DNA from: the human T2T-CHM13v2.0 reference genome, Homo sapiens
Reading direction: 5' to 3' (one strand)
DNA length: 64,000 nucleotides
Assembly: GCF_009914755.1 (NCBI RefSeq)
Contig: NC_060926.1
The notes under the pieces are model-generated. The model had not been told where the DNA came from. It did no database searches and was given only the letters and a program-made list of their open reading frames with translations. Below are positions 29,761 to 43,305 of the stretch, piece after piece; positions within the stretch are counted from its first letter, which is position 1; each line of letters starts with the position of its first letter. Position numbers and translations under genes: made by a program.

Positions 29761-30917
29761 GATGGACAAAGGGCAGTAGACAGTTAGTTAGCAAAAATAA
29801 AATACACATTGTCAATAAACTGAATCAAATCCAAAAGATATATTTTTACTTCTGAAAAGAAGTAAATGTGGCAATAAAATATACAGAAGACTTCATCGTT
29901 GCTAATAAAACTATATAATCTGTCCACAGAGCAATTATCTAATGATATAAACAAAGCTATTTATTTTAACAGAAATTTTCTAACTTGATTTTTTTAATTT
30001 TAAGAAAATGACCCTATATATCTATGAAGAAAGAGTTTACTTACGTTTGGACATAATATACATGGTATCGTAAAATAAGTATTTTGCAAAAGAATACTCA
30101 TTTTGACACATAGCTAAGTTTGGCAGAATGCTTCATGAGCCTTCATTTTCTTATAAGGTGTCATAGTTTTCTCTCTGTTAAACTTAAAAAAAATAAAGAT
30201 AATGGATTCTTCAATGAAAAATGTAATGCTTATTTATCCTATCTTTGTTTTAAAATAAAAAGTTAAAATTCTTCTAATGGGAAGATCTCAACATAGCAAG
30301 GTCAAACAATAAATACCCTTAGGACACATAGAATAACCACAGAATAAATTCATAGCCCATGGAATAAAAGTAAGCAGTTAAAGATATCTAAAGTTATCTG
30401 ATTTTATGAAAGGCTCAGAAAACAAAGAAATTATTCTGTGTACTTAGTCATTTGGGAGTTTGTGTAATAACATATATTTTGGCTAGTGGTAATCAATTAC
30501 ATGCCTGCATATGGAAATAACAATTGCTTCAAATTTCTGGTCAAGAAAGATATTAGAATCTTGCAGAGCAGATGAAAATGTAACTCAATAGGTTACAAGT
30601 GTTGCAAAAAATGGAGTTGTCACAGTTCAATTACTTATACTCATTTTCGGGGCTGGAAAATGCAATAATCTTATAAATTATTTTATGGAAGGCAATATCA
30701 ACCATCACATATATGCAATAGAGGTTACTATTAGCAGCAGGCTGGCTAATTTATCTATTATAAATTAGCAACTAGGAAATTATTTTCCCTCCTCATGACA
30801 TCTATTTCTGTACATTTTTTGGCCTTAATTTCCAGGTGATCTTGTTCTACTGCTTTCAAAACTGATCATTTCCTAAGCATAATAGCCTCATATTTGAATA
30901 GCTATACACATTTTAGT

Positions 30918-31300
30918 GTATTCAAACATTTATTGGAAATGTATTGTTGCTAAAAAATATGTTGGATAATGTGGGAACCTCAAAGATTAACCAGGAAAGT
31001 TCTTTTCCTTCAAGGACATAGAAAAAGAAACAGATAGATATATACCACAAAATATAATTTTAGTGTTGATTATAACAGTTTTAATTTTGTGTAATACAGA
31101 ACTAGCTATAGAACCCTAGAAGAAATTGTTTTGAATATATTGGGGGAAAATGCATTAATTACAGCACATATAGCCTTTGAAATGGCACTTAATGGATAGC
31201 AGTAGGAAACATGAAAGGGAAAGGAGGAAATTTAATGCATACCATTTAAAGATGTGAAGGCAGAAGATAGAATTTGTCATTTCTGGTAGAAAGGAGGTGT
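30918..31300 (-). mobile_element. L2 fragment
   Basis: attcaaacatttattg...aaagattaacc...ccttcaagga, the reversed L2 3' region. Confidence 0.45.
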
Positions 31301-32149
31301 TTAAAGATAATTTAGAGCCAAAAGCCCTTCTATTAGCCATTGTATATTGTTTTCCTGTTAAGATAATTGAATTCAGTGATTTCTCTCCTAACTGAAATAT
31401 TGCTGATATAGCTACTGTTTTCTAATTTGATGAATCATATTTGCAACTCTCCTTTTCCTGCTCATTCAGAAAGCTGACTATCAAATTCAGCAAATTTACT
31501 TAGGTTTCCTTTCATTTTAAGTATTTTTATTTTAGCTAAATTTCAGAATTTTCTTTGGTTACATTTGAATAAAGAGAACATTGCAAACCTAGAGTCAATT
31601 TCCTTTTAATTGACCTTCACAATAAAAGTCCATTGTTTTTTTCTTTTCAATGCAAACTTTTTAAAAATAAAACTTCTTTCAGCAAACAGCTTTCAGATTT
31701 ACAAAGCATATCTAGATTAAAAACTTTGTATTTAGCCAAGAAAAGCCAATGGAACTCATTTAAAAATTAGAAAAGTTTTACTTTCTAGAATTTGATATTT
31801 ATTATACCTTAAAATGTTCATCTATAGGATTGTGATGAAATTGTCTTAATAAAAACTAGTAAGGCATTTGTTAATTGTTCATCATTTATTAAAAAATTCA
31901 ATTTCTCCTATATAAAATTTATAATCAATTATTTTTAAATTTATAGATTTAAACAGTATGGTATAAAGGGTAAAATTCTGTTGTGCTCATAAGAGATCAA
32001 AGAAGTGAACAAATGTAACTCTGCATTATCAGAAAAGCCTTCATTCTAAAAAGGAATTATTTCATTGCCTTTACATTTGCCTCTTCAGAAATTACATGGA
32101 ACAATGAGAGGGACCATATTTTAGCATATGAGTGCACATGGTGTCTTGC

Positions 32150-32454
32150 CTTTGTTTCTTATTTAGAAAAGTTTAGACAAGCTCTCGCTCTGTTGTCCAG
32201 GTTGGAGTGCAGTGGTGCCATTACAGTTCACTGTAACCTCTGCCTCTGGGCTCAAGTGATCCTCTCACCTCAGCCTCCATAGTAGCTGGGACTGCAGGAG
32301 CAAGCCACCACACCTGGCTAACTTTTATATTTTTTGTAGAGATGGGATTTCATCATGTTGCCCAGGCTGGTCTTGAACCCCTGAGCTCAAGCAATCCATC
32401 TGCCTAGGCCTCCCAAAGTGTTTGGATTACAGTTGAGAGCCACCACACCCGGCC
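32150..32454 (-). mobile_element. AluJb
   Basis: ctcgctctgttgtccaggttggagtgcagtgg...gggctcaagtgatcctctcacctcagcc...gagccaccacacccggcc. Confidence 0.92.
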
Positions 32455-33289
32455 TCTGTTGGCATCTTTATCTTTTGTAATATCCTTCTTAATGCTACTG
32501 TGCCACAACCCAAATATATTTGTCTTAACAACTCACAGGTCTGCAGTGAGGCTAAGCAATTTTTATCTAATGTTTATAAAATATCAGAAATCACTTATTT
32601 AATTTCTCCTCTAAGATTAATCAACAAAGAAATGAAGATGGTATGAAACATATAATATTTCAATTTTGAACTGTCCATAGATTTAAAAGTTATATTTCAA
32701 ATAAATGATTTCAACAACTTCATTCTATTTCTTGAATTTCAGCAGTATCCAAATCAACAAACAATTGAATACTGGTATCTTTGAAATATCTCATAATTTC
32801 ATATATTCAACTTAGTTTTTTCTCAATAGAAAAAAAAAACTATGATAATAGAATCCCACGAGTATTACTTAGCTAGACTTAGCTGTGTAGATGACAAGTA
32901 AATCAGCACTTCTATCACTCTTGTTCATGGAAATACAATGGAAATAAGAAAAAAAAATTACAAAGAATTCTCTACCTCAAGAAAATGCAAGAACTAAGAT
33001 ATTCTGGCTCCAGTTTTTTCCTGATGTAGTAAGATTAAAACTCAAACTTTCTCAATTCTTTTCTGCTCCTCCTTCTGCTCATTTTACCAACGAAAATAAA
33101 GTGTTTTAAAACATGCTAATTCTTTGATTTAAAATAATGATTTTAAATAAAATTTGCTACCCTACAATCACAAAGACAATATTACCAAGACTCTATAATT
33201 AAGGAATAATTTTAAGATCTAATGGTGAGCTTCTCTGAAGCTATAAAAATAAAAGAAAGGAATTCAAAAATTACTGTATATCTACTGTT

Positions 33290-33410
33290 TTTCTTCACAA
33301 AATTTGTAAGTTGTTATTATTATCAATATAGAATAAATGAAGAAGTTGAGACCCAGATAGGTGATATAACTTCGCTGATATGACACCACTAGTTAAGTGG
33401 AAAAACCACA
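33290..33410 (-). mobile_element. MIR fragment
   Basis: aaatgaagaagttgagacccagataggtgatataacttcgc...actagttaagtgg. Confidence 0.55.
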
Positions 33411-34434
33411 GATACTGTCGAATCTACGTGTGGAGGGTCAAGTCACATTTCTTCTTATTTCCAGAGATGTTATCGCCTTTCGGATGTCACACAATCTTTA
33501 ATCTTTGGGACTAAAATTTAATGCCTTCTTGAAACAAGGTTGTTTGAGTAGAAGATCTCATTTTTCTCTATAATTCTGTTATTATGATTCCAATTAGTGA
33601 CACACATTGATAGAATAATTGGCCAGGAATATAGGGTTGTGGCATCAGCTCCAATGCTTGCCATAACCGACTTAAGAAAAACCCAAATGTAATCAAGGCT
33701 CTATTATAATTCATCCTATAGTATTCCTTTGTCCTGAGAGAGTTAATGTACTACCCTGGATTCTTGTCTAATACCAGACAGTAAATGAGGCATTTAGGAG
33801 ATGGAGATCAATGTCATCCCTACATGCACATCAACTGTAAAATAATTAGCTAAAATTGCAAACTAGGAAGTTCGAAAATTGAAATGCTCTCTAGTGCACT
33901 CTTCCATCACCAATCATTGTTGTACCTTAATGTTCAGGATGTACTTGTGATTGAGGTTAGCAGCCTTGACAATTTAATGAAGAGAAGATAGAACACGATA
34001 ATCCTATAGAGAGCAAAGCTGGTCTCCTATTTATCAACAAATGCATTAAGAATCTTCCATCATCAAATTATGCATCATAATGATATAAAATGAAAAGAAA
34101 CAAGTGCCAAATAGGTTACCCAGTGTAACAAGTGTTGAAAAATGTAAGCTTTCATATGCATGGAGAGACAGCCTACTGATCTATGACCTAATTGTGCAGT
34201 GATATTAATAGGAATTGTGTTATAGTTCTTAAGCAAAAATTCCACTAAAATAATTTGCTTTGGTAAAAGCTACAGTGTAAGTCCCAACAGACCTCACAAA
34301 TAATACGCAGAAGTTTGTAAATATATAAAGATGTATAAAGTAATACTGCTGTTACAATAATGTAAATACAACATGACAAAATAGCTTAACACACAGAAAA
34401 CAATCAAAACTAACAACAAAGAATGTGTTATATG

Positions 34435-34771
34435 CAGCCATGCACTGTAAAACAATGTTTCAGTCAGGGACAGACCACATATATGACAGTGGCCCCATAA
34501 AGTTATATTGTACTTTTACTGTACCTTTCCTATGTTTATATCTGTTTAGATACATGAATACTTACCATTGTGTTACAAGTGCCTACAGTATTCAGTACAG
34601 TGGCATGCTGTACAGGTTTGTAACCTAGGTGCAATGGGCTGTCCCCTATAGCCCAGGTGTGTAGGATGCTATATCATTTAGGATTGTTTAAATGCACTGT
34701 CCATGCAATGGTGAAATCAACTAATAAACATTTCTCAGAATGTGGCCTTGTCATTAAGCAACACGTAACTG
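34435..34771 (+). mobile_element. Tigger3a (TcMar-Tigger) DNA transposon fossil
   Basis: cagccatgcactgtaaaacaatgtttcagtc...gacagtggccccataa...tcattaagcaacacgtaactg followed by ta. Confidence 0.8.
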
Positions 34772-35269
34772 TATTTAGAATATAGAGAAAATGCTGGGGG
34801 CTCCTTTAACCTCAAATTATCTATATTGTCATCTTTACATAAAATTAAATTTGCTGTAAAAATTGTACTCTGCTCTACAAGAACATAATGTTATCTACAA
34901 AATCACAGCCATAATAATTGTTTCTATACATCATTATGTAGTAAAAAACAATAAAAAATTGTTTGACTAAAATTGATTATAGAAAATATATTTTTTCCTT
35001 TTTAAAAAAGTGTTATTAAATCTTGATAGCATTATCTTTTTTAAAATAATTGTTTTGAGATATTTTACACTAATTCTAAAAATACAACAAATGTCAAAAA
35101 AAATTTGTTTGGGTCTTCTTTTTACAATTATAATTCAGAACCACAGGGAAAAATCTGTTTTCCTTAGTTTGTTTTTACAAATTTTAATTATTGTCCTGAC
35201 ACATTTTATTCACAAACCAGTTGACTGAAGAATTTCCAAGATAGTATGTTTAATTTCAATGTTATGTTT

Positions 35270-35453
35270 AATATCTTCCCCTTCTTGGCTGGTAACCTTG
35301 GGCATATTTTTTATCTCCCAGAGACTCTGTTGTCTTATCTTAAATATGGAAATAAAATAACTACTGACCTCAAAGAGTTGTAAGGATTGTTTAATAAAAT
35401 ATGCAAAAGCATCATTATGAGAGATGTAAAGATATATAAATGAGAGTTATTAC
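35270..35453 (+). mobile_element. MIR SINE
   Basis: taaccttgggcatatt...tcttatcttaaatatggaaataaaataactac...gagttgtaaggatt. Confidence 0.6.
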
Positions 35454-36274
35454 TTTTAAGGAAAATTAAGAAAAACATTTTTGTTAGTAGGGATACGTCT
35501 TCACTCCATAAATTTTCTTCTTGCTAAGACTGTTTAATGAGCACATCTCCCAGATTCTTTCTGCTCATGTGTTCACTGTCTTCTACAGAGATAAAGTGAC
35601 ATAGCTGGTGGTTAAATTTGGGAAAAATAACTAGGCATGCCTGGACAGTGCTTCCTGGTTTCCTCCTGCTCTGGCAGGGAAAATGAGTTCAGCCTACTCT
35701 TGTGCTTTCAACTATATGGGGAGCTCTGAGGAGGGGTATCCTGCAGGAAGAGTGCTGCCTAAATGCAGAACGGCCATGCCTAGCTGGGGGAGCCTACCAT
35801 ATTACTGGAAATCTTTAGATGGCTGATTTGGTTCTCACACTATGCTCTCTCCTACAAAGTAGATGTTATCAGCGATAAGGTGACAATTTGGCTTTCATAG
35901 TTATATTTTAAAACACGAATTGTCACCTCATTTAGAACCCAGGTGAAAACTCTCAAAATGGATATTGAAAAGAATACACTATAAACTCTTGGGTAATTTG
36001 AAATAAAAGTCGCAAAATGTATAAAGGCAAAATTGCTGGGATTTGTTGTAAACTCTCTCAGTGACTGCTGAGAAATTTAACATTTATCCTTTGGCTGCGT
36101 CCTGGCAGGACTGTTACAAAGTTAACTCAGAGTTAAAGTAATCTAATCTTTCATGTAGATGAAAGTATTTTGGTGATTCTATATTCTAAAGAGTATATAT
36201 ATATTAGATTCTATATTCTAAGATATATATATGTATATATAGTAGCATGTTATATGTATCATTGTCATTGTTAG

Positions 36275-36610
36275 TTGTGTTCCAGACCAACAGAAATTCA
36301 ATGTTAGTCATAAATGTGGCCACACATATAACAAAAATTTCTAGGAATCACATTAAAAATAAAGTAGTAAGAAAAGGTGAAATTCTTTTTTATAATATAT
36401 TTTCTTTAACCCATTATATCCAAAATATTATCCTTCATCATGAAATAAATATAAAACATTGATGAGATACTATATATATTTTTATTCATACGAAGTCTTC
36501 TAAATCTTGTATGTATTCTATACTTCCAGCACATCTCAGGTCAGTCTAGTTGCGTTTCAAATGTTCCCTGGCTGCCTGTGGCTAGTGGATGGTGTATTTG
36601 ACAATGCAGA
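36275..36610. mobile_element. MER33 (hAT-Charlie) fossil
   Basis: aaggtgaaatt...taacccattatatccaaaatattatc...cagcacatctc...gtggctagtgg...ttgacaatgcag. Confidence 0.8.
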
Positions 36611-37265
36611 TCTAGACTTTTAACTGGTTACTATGTCAAAACATCATAAATACACGTGAACACACACATTCATGCATTCAAGTAAAAGCATCATAACTAA
36701 AATGAATGAGAAATACAATACTCTGATTAACTGAATCTTTTCAATTGACCTATATTTGGGAATTTTTTTCTCTACTATATATCAGTTATCTTCCTTTTTG
36801 TGGTGAAATATCATTTAGCAAAAATTATTCCTAAAACTTAATTTATCTGGCATTTTCTTCCTTTATTCATTTACTCTCTTACTCCTAAGCAACTCTTTCA
36901 AGAGGACTGAAAGAGAGCCAAATGCCTGCAAAAGCCTTTCCCTAATTTTCCTAGACCGCACCTGCTTTCACAATCCCTGAAATAATTTTCCTCCTCATTG
37001 CAAGACTTTCAGTATTAAGACTCCCATTATTTGGGATAAGAATACTTCATCCCTATTTCAGATAACCCTCCAAGCAGATTTTGTCTTGCTTATCCTCATT
37101 CTATTGTTTGTAGGAAAATATTATCTTTCAACAATTATATATTCTTCTGTTTTTCACACTGATTATGATTACATTTGTAAACTTGAACACCACGAGAATG
37201 TAGTTCATGCTCAACTCTAATCACACATATCTGGAAAGCATAGCTACAGAAGAAATTTTTAATAC

Positions 37266-37562
37266 TTTTTTTTTTTTTTTTTTTTTTTGAGATGGAGTCT
37301 CGTGCTGTCGCTTAGGCTGGAGTGCCCATCTCGGCTCAATGCAAGCTCCACCTCCTGGGTTCACTCCATTCTCTTGCCTCAGCCTCCCGAATAGCTGGGA
37401 CTACAGGTACCTACCAACACGCCCAGCTAATTTTTTGTATTTTTAGTAGAGACGGGGTTTCACCATGTTAGCCAGAATGGTCTCGATCTCCTGACCTCGT
37501 GATCCACCTGCCTCGGTCTCCCAAAGTGCTAGGATTACAGGCGTGAGTCACCGCGCCCACCC
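37266..37562 (-). mobile_element. AluY; TSD ttaatactttt
   Basis: Y diagnostics (gcaagctcc, ccattct, gttagccag..tggtctcgatctcctgacctcgtgatcc) and a long poly(T). Confidence 0.93.
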
Positions 37563-37779
37563 TTAATACTTTTATATGTATTCCTTTATTAAGACATACA
37601 GGCAGGCTAAGTGTCTACATTTTTATATTTTTTAATTTATTATCAAAATGTTTTAAGCATACAGACAGAGACAAATAATATTGTGGCACATATTCTTGGT
37701 TTTACCATTCAGATTTAACAACTGTTAACATTTTTCATTTTTCTGTAGTAGTTTTAATTGCTGCAAGTCTTTTTGTTGT

Positions 37780-37918
37780 TGTTTTGTGAGGCAGGATCTC
37801 ACTTTGTTGCCCAGGCTGGAGTGCAGTGGCATGATCATGGCTCACTGAAGCCTCAACTTCCTCCCACCTCAGCCTCCCAAGCAGCTAGGACTACAGGCAC
37901 TAGCCACCAATGCCTGGT
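37780..37918 (-). mobile_element. Alu monomer fragment (FRAM/AluJ)
   Basis: ctcactttgttgcccaggctggagtgcagtggcatgatcatggctcactg...ctcccacctcagcctccc. Confidence 0.8.
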
Positions 37919-38566
37919 CAGTTCAAGTCTTTACTTTAAAGAAATAAAACATTTCATAAATAGTTAAGCATTTCCATTCTATTCTATTCTGTCCTTCCTG
38001 TTTTTCCTAAGTTAAATAATTTCTCAATTTGTAGTATATTCTTATTGTCCTCTGTATCAAATTACTGGTATTTTGTATTCATTAACAGTAAATAATGTTT
38101 CTGCATCCTTAATTTGCATAAATTGTATGTATCTTTTTGCAGCTTGTTTTATTGAATATTAACTTTTTAAATGTTGTCCCAGTTAACCCACTGGATCTAA
38201 TTCATATATTTTAGTCCCTCTTCAGAAAGGTATTTATCCATTCTCATATTGATAAGCACTTCTATTTTTTTCCAATATTGCAAGGAACACCATACCACAA
38301 GTATACTTATGTGCATATTGAAGGGTTTTCACTAAGAAATTCTGTATTGTAAAGCATAACCAGTACCAATTTTATTTGATATTGCCAAATAAAATTTCAA
38401 AATAATTGTGTCAATATACACTCCTCCAGTTATGTATATATTTCCATATCCTCCAATGAGTTTCATGGGACTTAGTAATTGCAATAAACTCATAAATTAC
38501 TTTGGGGAGAATTAACGTATGTTATTTATCTACACCATTTTTACATACCATTTATGAACATGGTAT

Positions 38567-39042
38567 GTTGGCAGAGACAGTTCTTGCACCTCACATATTG
38601 TTGGGTATGACAAGAATGCTAGGTCCTAACTGCTCTTACTGGGACCGAATAGATCATTTCTCAGTGTTGTTTCTATAGCCGGTAACTTTGAGAAAGGAGG
38701 CAATGCATCTCTTAAAACTGAAAACAGAGAATAAACAAGCTTGCTTACTGTTTGCTGTAAAAGCAATGGAGTTCCCAAACTGAAGTGTTTCTTTCCTATA
38801 ATCCAACCCACTTCATGTGCAGGCATCTATCTGGGCATCACCCTATGGTCTTGCTGGGTGGAGTCAGGTAAGGGAACAAAGGTAATGACGGTGGTACCTA
38901 TGCTCCTTCCCTAGCTGTGAGTAATGAAGTGTTTGTCTCTGACGCAGGAGTCATGTGTCTTTTACAAGAATTTATGAAATAGTAACAGGCTAATTTGTTA
39001 CTTTTTAAGTAGAATAAAATAAAATCTCAGAGGCACTGTACA
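38567..39042 (+). mobile_element. LTR40-like ERVL solo LTR
   Basis: caacccacttcatgtgcaggc...gctgtgagtaatgaagtgtttgtctctgacgcaggagtc...aggctaatttgtta...aaaatctcaga. Confidence 0.7.
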
Positions 39043-39789
39043 TTTTATTTATTGAGGGCTTTTATTATAACCCTCAATTTAGATTTATAATTGTCTATAT
39101 AAAGTCCAGCATATCTTCTGTGAGATCTATTGCTAGATTTATTATGATTATCATTGACATTTTAAATGGACTTTTAAATAAAAATGTTTGCATTTTATAG
39201 AAATGTTTTTAACATGCATGTATTTAGATATAGATCTACTTATAAAGATAAATGTATGGATATATTTGAGCTCAGTACATTTTAAAATTTATTAATTGCA
39301 GTATTTTTAAATTGTCATCTAAAATAATAATTTTATTTATTCCTTTCTACCTGTAATCCTCATTTCTTTTCTTTGTTACGCTGGCTAAGGCTTCTATCAG
39401 AATTCTACAAAAGATAAATTTATTGAGGATTTTTTTACAGTTCTTATTTAAAAGGCATACTTAAAATTTATTTTCATGAGATATGATAATGATGTTAGTT
39501 TTGGTAGATACCCTTTATGTGGAAGTTAAGAAATAGTCCTTCTCAAACCAGATTTCATGGGTTGATTTTCCTCATTGATGGATATGGAATTTATCAAGTA
39601 TTAACTGCATAAATTGAGAGAATAGTATAATTTTTCTTCTAATATTTGTTCATGCATATTTAAATAGGTTTGTCAAATACTTTATTCCTAGGATAATCTT
39701 TCTGGAGGGTATGATACATTTCTGGATTAATTTTTAAAATTATTTTAGCAAGGATTTATTTAAATTTCTATCCTTAATTATAATTCATT

Positions 39790-40023
39790 GATAATTTTCC
39801 CCAAGCTCAGTTTCCTCCTCCAGTAACACAATCCCCTGCATTGGAAGCACACATCTTGACCTATTCCTTTTCCTCTGTGAATTCTGAGAGACAAAGAAAA
39901 GGGCCACAAACATAGTACCTTGCTGTGCTGTGAATAATAAAACTTTTGTCTCTAACTTAGCTGTCTTACATCTTCTTCTGCCATCCCAAAACAGTACCAA
40001 GCTAATTTAGTAGCCTGTAAGTA
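39790..40023 (+). mobile_element. LTR40-like fragment (3' half)
   Basis: ccccaagctcagtttcctc...gctgtgaataataaaacttttgtctctaac...aagctaatttagtagcctgtaagta. Confidence 0.6.
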
Positions 40024-40827
40024 TTCCATAGTGATTAGGTGCATGTGTATTTCAAATGAATTAAGTTGCTCATAATCCTATTAACACCTAAAATACCATC
40101 TTCATCATTACTTTCTGGTTTTCATTAAAAATTTCTCACCAGGATTATCAGAGTGCTTAACTTGCTATTTAATTGTAGCCAGTTTGCTTTATACAATTTG
40201 AGGCCATACTTCTACATGCATATGAGTGCAGAATTGTTAAATCTTCAAGCAGCTTTTTTCTTTTGCATTAACTATCAAGCCCTAATGTGACTTAGACTCT
40301 TAAAATTTTATTTATTAGCATTGTTCTGCTAGCCTTCTTTTGAATAAAATTTTCCTGGAAAAGTTACTTGCAGCCTTTTTATGTTCTTCTGTTCTAGGTG
40401 TATCCTTAAAAAGAACATTAACTCTTTTTTTTTCTTTTCAATGCAGTTGGAGAATACTGAGCTACTTGAATTTGTAATAGCTTATTTTGTACTTTCTATG
40501 CTTTTGTACACTTTTTTCACTTTTTCTGTGTCCTCTTTAAAGATGAAATATCTACTTTACTTCTTCATGCTATCATACTTTTTCCAAGATCTGGTTTCGA
40601 AGATATATATTGTATTTTTAGTGTTCAATCCTTAAAATGTAACTCTTTTTTTGGTATTTAGCAAAGTCTTTAAAAAGTCAGTATCTCAGTCCAAACAATA
40701 CAAAGCTCTCGAACTGCTTTAAGCTGCCTTATCATCTTACATAATATCCTTGACTAGTGCTTAGTCCCATTTTGTGTTTACTAACCAATGAATCATTTAT
40801 TTATTTTTAGAGATTATCTAATAAGAC

Positions 40828-41200
40828 TGTGTTAGTTCATTCTCATGCTGGTATAAATAACTGCCCAAGACAGGGCAATTTATAAAGAAAAAAGTTTTAA
40901 TTGACTCACAGTTTCCCATGGCTGAGGAGGCCTCAGGAAACTTACAGTCATGGAGGAAGGGGAAGCAAACATGTCCTTCTTCACATGATGGCAGGAAGGA
41001 GAAGCGCTGAGCAAAGAGGGAAAAGCCTCTTATAAAACTATCAGATCTCATGATAACTCATTATCATGAGAAGAGCAGCATGGAGGTAACTGCCCCCATG
41101 ATTCAATTATCTTTCACCAGGTCCCTCCCATGACACATGAGTATTATGGGAACTACAATGCAAAGTGAAATTTGGGTTGGGACAGAGCCAAACCATATCA
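40828..41200 (-). mobile_element. THE1C-like MaLR solo LTR
   Basis: tgtgttagttcattctcatgctg...gaggcctcaggaaacttacagtcatgg...acagagccaaaccatatca; about 373 bp. Confidence 0.9.
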
Positions 41201-42224
41201 GACTTGCTCATATGTTTAGCTTTTATTTTTCTTCCTATTTGCTTCTTGAACACATTTCTAAATTTTAGGCTTATTTCTTATGATAAAGATTACCCTTCAG
41301 TAATTCTCCCAGGGCTGGTTTATAAATGCAAGATTCTTTTAGTGTTTGTTTGAAATGTCTAAATTTTGCTCCTACTTTTGAGTGATACTTTACCTGGCGG
41401 TGGAAGTGTAGGGAGTTGTCAATCATTTTCTTTCATACTGTTGAAGTTGCTATTTCATTGCGCTTTGGCATTTATTATGGCTGATGAAAATTTTGTTCAT
41501 TGTTACTGAATAAATAAATACATTCTGTGAGATTACTCTTTCCTTTAATTTTTCACTAGTTTAATATTTTCACTACGGTGTAGCTAGGACAGAATTTGTT
41601 TCCATTCTGTTTCTTGGGACTCCATGAGATTTTTCAATCTGTTGTTTCTTCAACTATAGCATTATCCCTTTGAACATTTGTTCTCCTTTGTATTATGATT
41701 TTTTCCTGGAAATTTCATTAGACTACTTATAGGATGAATTCTATTAAACTGTCTACAGAACAATCTAATATACCTATGTTTCTCTTAATCATTCTTATTT
41801 TTCTACATTATTATATAATGCCAAATTTGGGGTTATTTAATTTGACCTGTTTCTTTTTTATAAAACAAGACTTATTTCCATCTGTGGAGGGATGTGGCAG
41901 TCTCTAAACAAGCTTCATTTAAGTTTGTTGGCTTGAGTTTCCATTACTAAATTGGTATATATTCAAATTTCCCTTTCCTATATGTGTTATGTTGACAGGG
42001 CTGATTTATTCTGGAGGCTTTGGAGGAGAATAAAATTTCTTGCCTTTTCCAGTTTTTAGAAGCTGCCTGCATTCCTTGGTTCATGGCCCCTTCCTCCACA
42101 TTTGAAGCCCATCACTCCATCTTCTGGCTCTGTCATCACATAGGATTTTTCTGACTTTGCCCCAGTTGCCTCCCTCATATGAGGACCCTTATAATTACAT
42201 TTACATAATTCTGGATAATCTCTA

Positions 42225-42866
42225 TGCTATGGATTGAATTTCATCCCACTAAAATTTGTCAACTGAAGTCCTAACCCCCAATGTAACTGTACAGCCTGCT
42301 CTTCATACCCATGGGTTCTGCATCTGCAAATTCAACTAACTGCAACTAAGAACTACTTACATAGCATTTACATTTTATTGGGTATTATAAATAATCTAGA
42401 GATGATTTAATGTATACAGGAGGATATGTGTGAATTACATGTAAGTACTACATCATTTTATATAAAGGACTTAAGCATCTGGATTTTGGTGAGGGAGCAG
42501 GATCCTGGAACCAGTCTTCCCCACATATACTGAGAAATTACCATATTTAGAGAAGGAGCTTTTAGGAGATAATTAAGGTTAAATGATATCACAAGAGTAA
42601 TGTCCTAATCTGATAAAATTGTTGGCCTCACAATAAGAAGAAAGGGAGATTCTCTATCTCCACATGTGCTCACTGAGAAAAGGCCACAAGAGGATAGCGA
42701 GAAGGAGGCTGTCTGCAAGCCAGAAAGATAGCCCTCATAAGAACACTACTATGCTGGCATCCTGATCTGGAACAACTAGCCTCCAGAACTGTGAGAAAAT
42801 AGATTTCTGTATTTTAAACCACCCAGCCTATGGTACTTTGATATTTTGCCTAAGTAGACTAAGTTA
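42225..42866 (+). mobile_element. MLT1A0/B-like LTR nested in the MLT1C
   Basis: tgctatggattgaat...gaagtcctaacccccaatgt...ctgtctgcaagccag...agcctccagaactgtgagaaaatagatttctg. Confidence 0.8.
42292..42543. mobile_element. MER2 (Tigger) fossil nested in the MLT1A
   Basis: TA-flanked; ccatgggttctgcatctg...catagcatttacatt...aatctagagatgatttaa...tcctggaaccagtc. Confidence 0.8.
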
Positions 42867-42966
42867 CTCCCCACCTCAAAATTTGTAATGTAATCACATC
42901 TGCAACATTTCTCTTACCATGTAAAGTCCACATATTCACAGGTTTTGGAGAACAGGGTGTGGACAT

Positions 42967-43305
42967 CTTTGGGAGATTGTTATTTAGCCTGCCACATTAT
43001 ATATGGAAAGAAATTAACATTTTGTTTGATAGTTTTAACCAATCTACTGCTGCAGAGAGGGGGCAACTTTTCTCGGTAATTGATTGTGTCTGATTTTTTC
43101 ATTCGGCTTTCTTGTGATTTTCTGTATCTCTTTTTGTGCAAAGCTCCTGTCTTTATTTGAGCTTAATCATTAGTGCTCTTTATTTCTTTGGGATGTTATG
43201 GATTTAGGCTATGGGTGTAACCACTTGCATTTACTCATATTTTCCTAGTTTTCCTTCTTCTCAGCCTGAAGCTTTATTTTTAAAACGATGTATATTTTAG
43301 CCAGC
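42967..43305 (+). repeat. Inverted duplication, left (parental) arm, 339 bp
   Basis: Reverse complement of 44285-44626. Confidence 0.97.

Larger units (their letters stand above)
37950..41850 (-). mobile_element. Highly diverged L1M fragments hosting LTR40 and THE1 insertions
   Basis: T-rich degenerate L1 antisense motifs, e.g. ttactttggggagaatt, ttttggtagataccctttat, attcctaggataa. Confidence 0.45.
41990..42996 (-). mobile_element. MLT1C-like LTR (two halves: 41990-42224 and 42867-42996)
   Basis: ttctggaggct...cttgccttttccag...cattccttgg, resuming with ccacctcaaaa...taatcacatctgcaa...ggacatctttggg...gcctgccaca. Confidence 0.8.

Noticed and set aside
26811-29834. Possible L1PA8 TSD aagcaaatccaa / aatcaaatccaa implying another 3' transduction
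   Set aside because: No second poly(A), and the intervening 60 bp resembles old L1M sequence; the match may be chance.
35560-35900. Slightly GC-richer patch with GATA motifs
   Set aside because: No CpG island, ORF or clear exon boundaries; too little evidence for a call.
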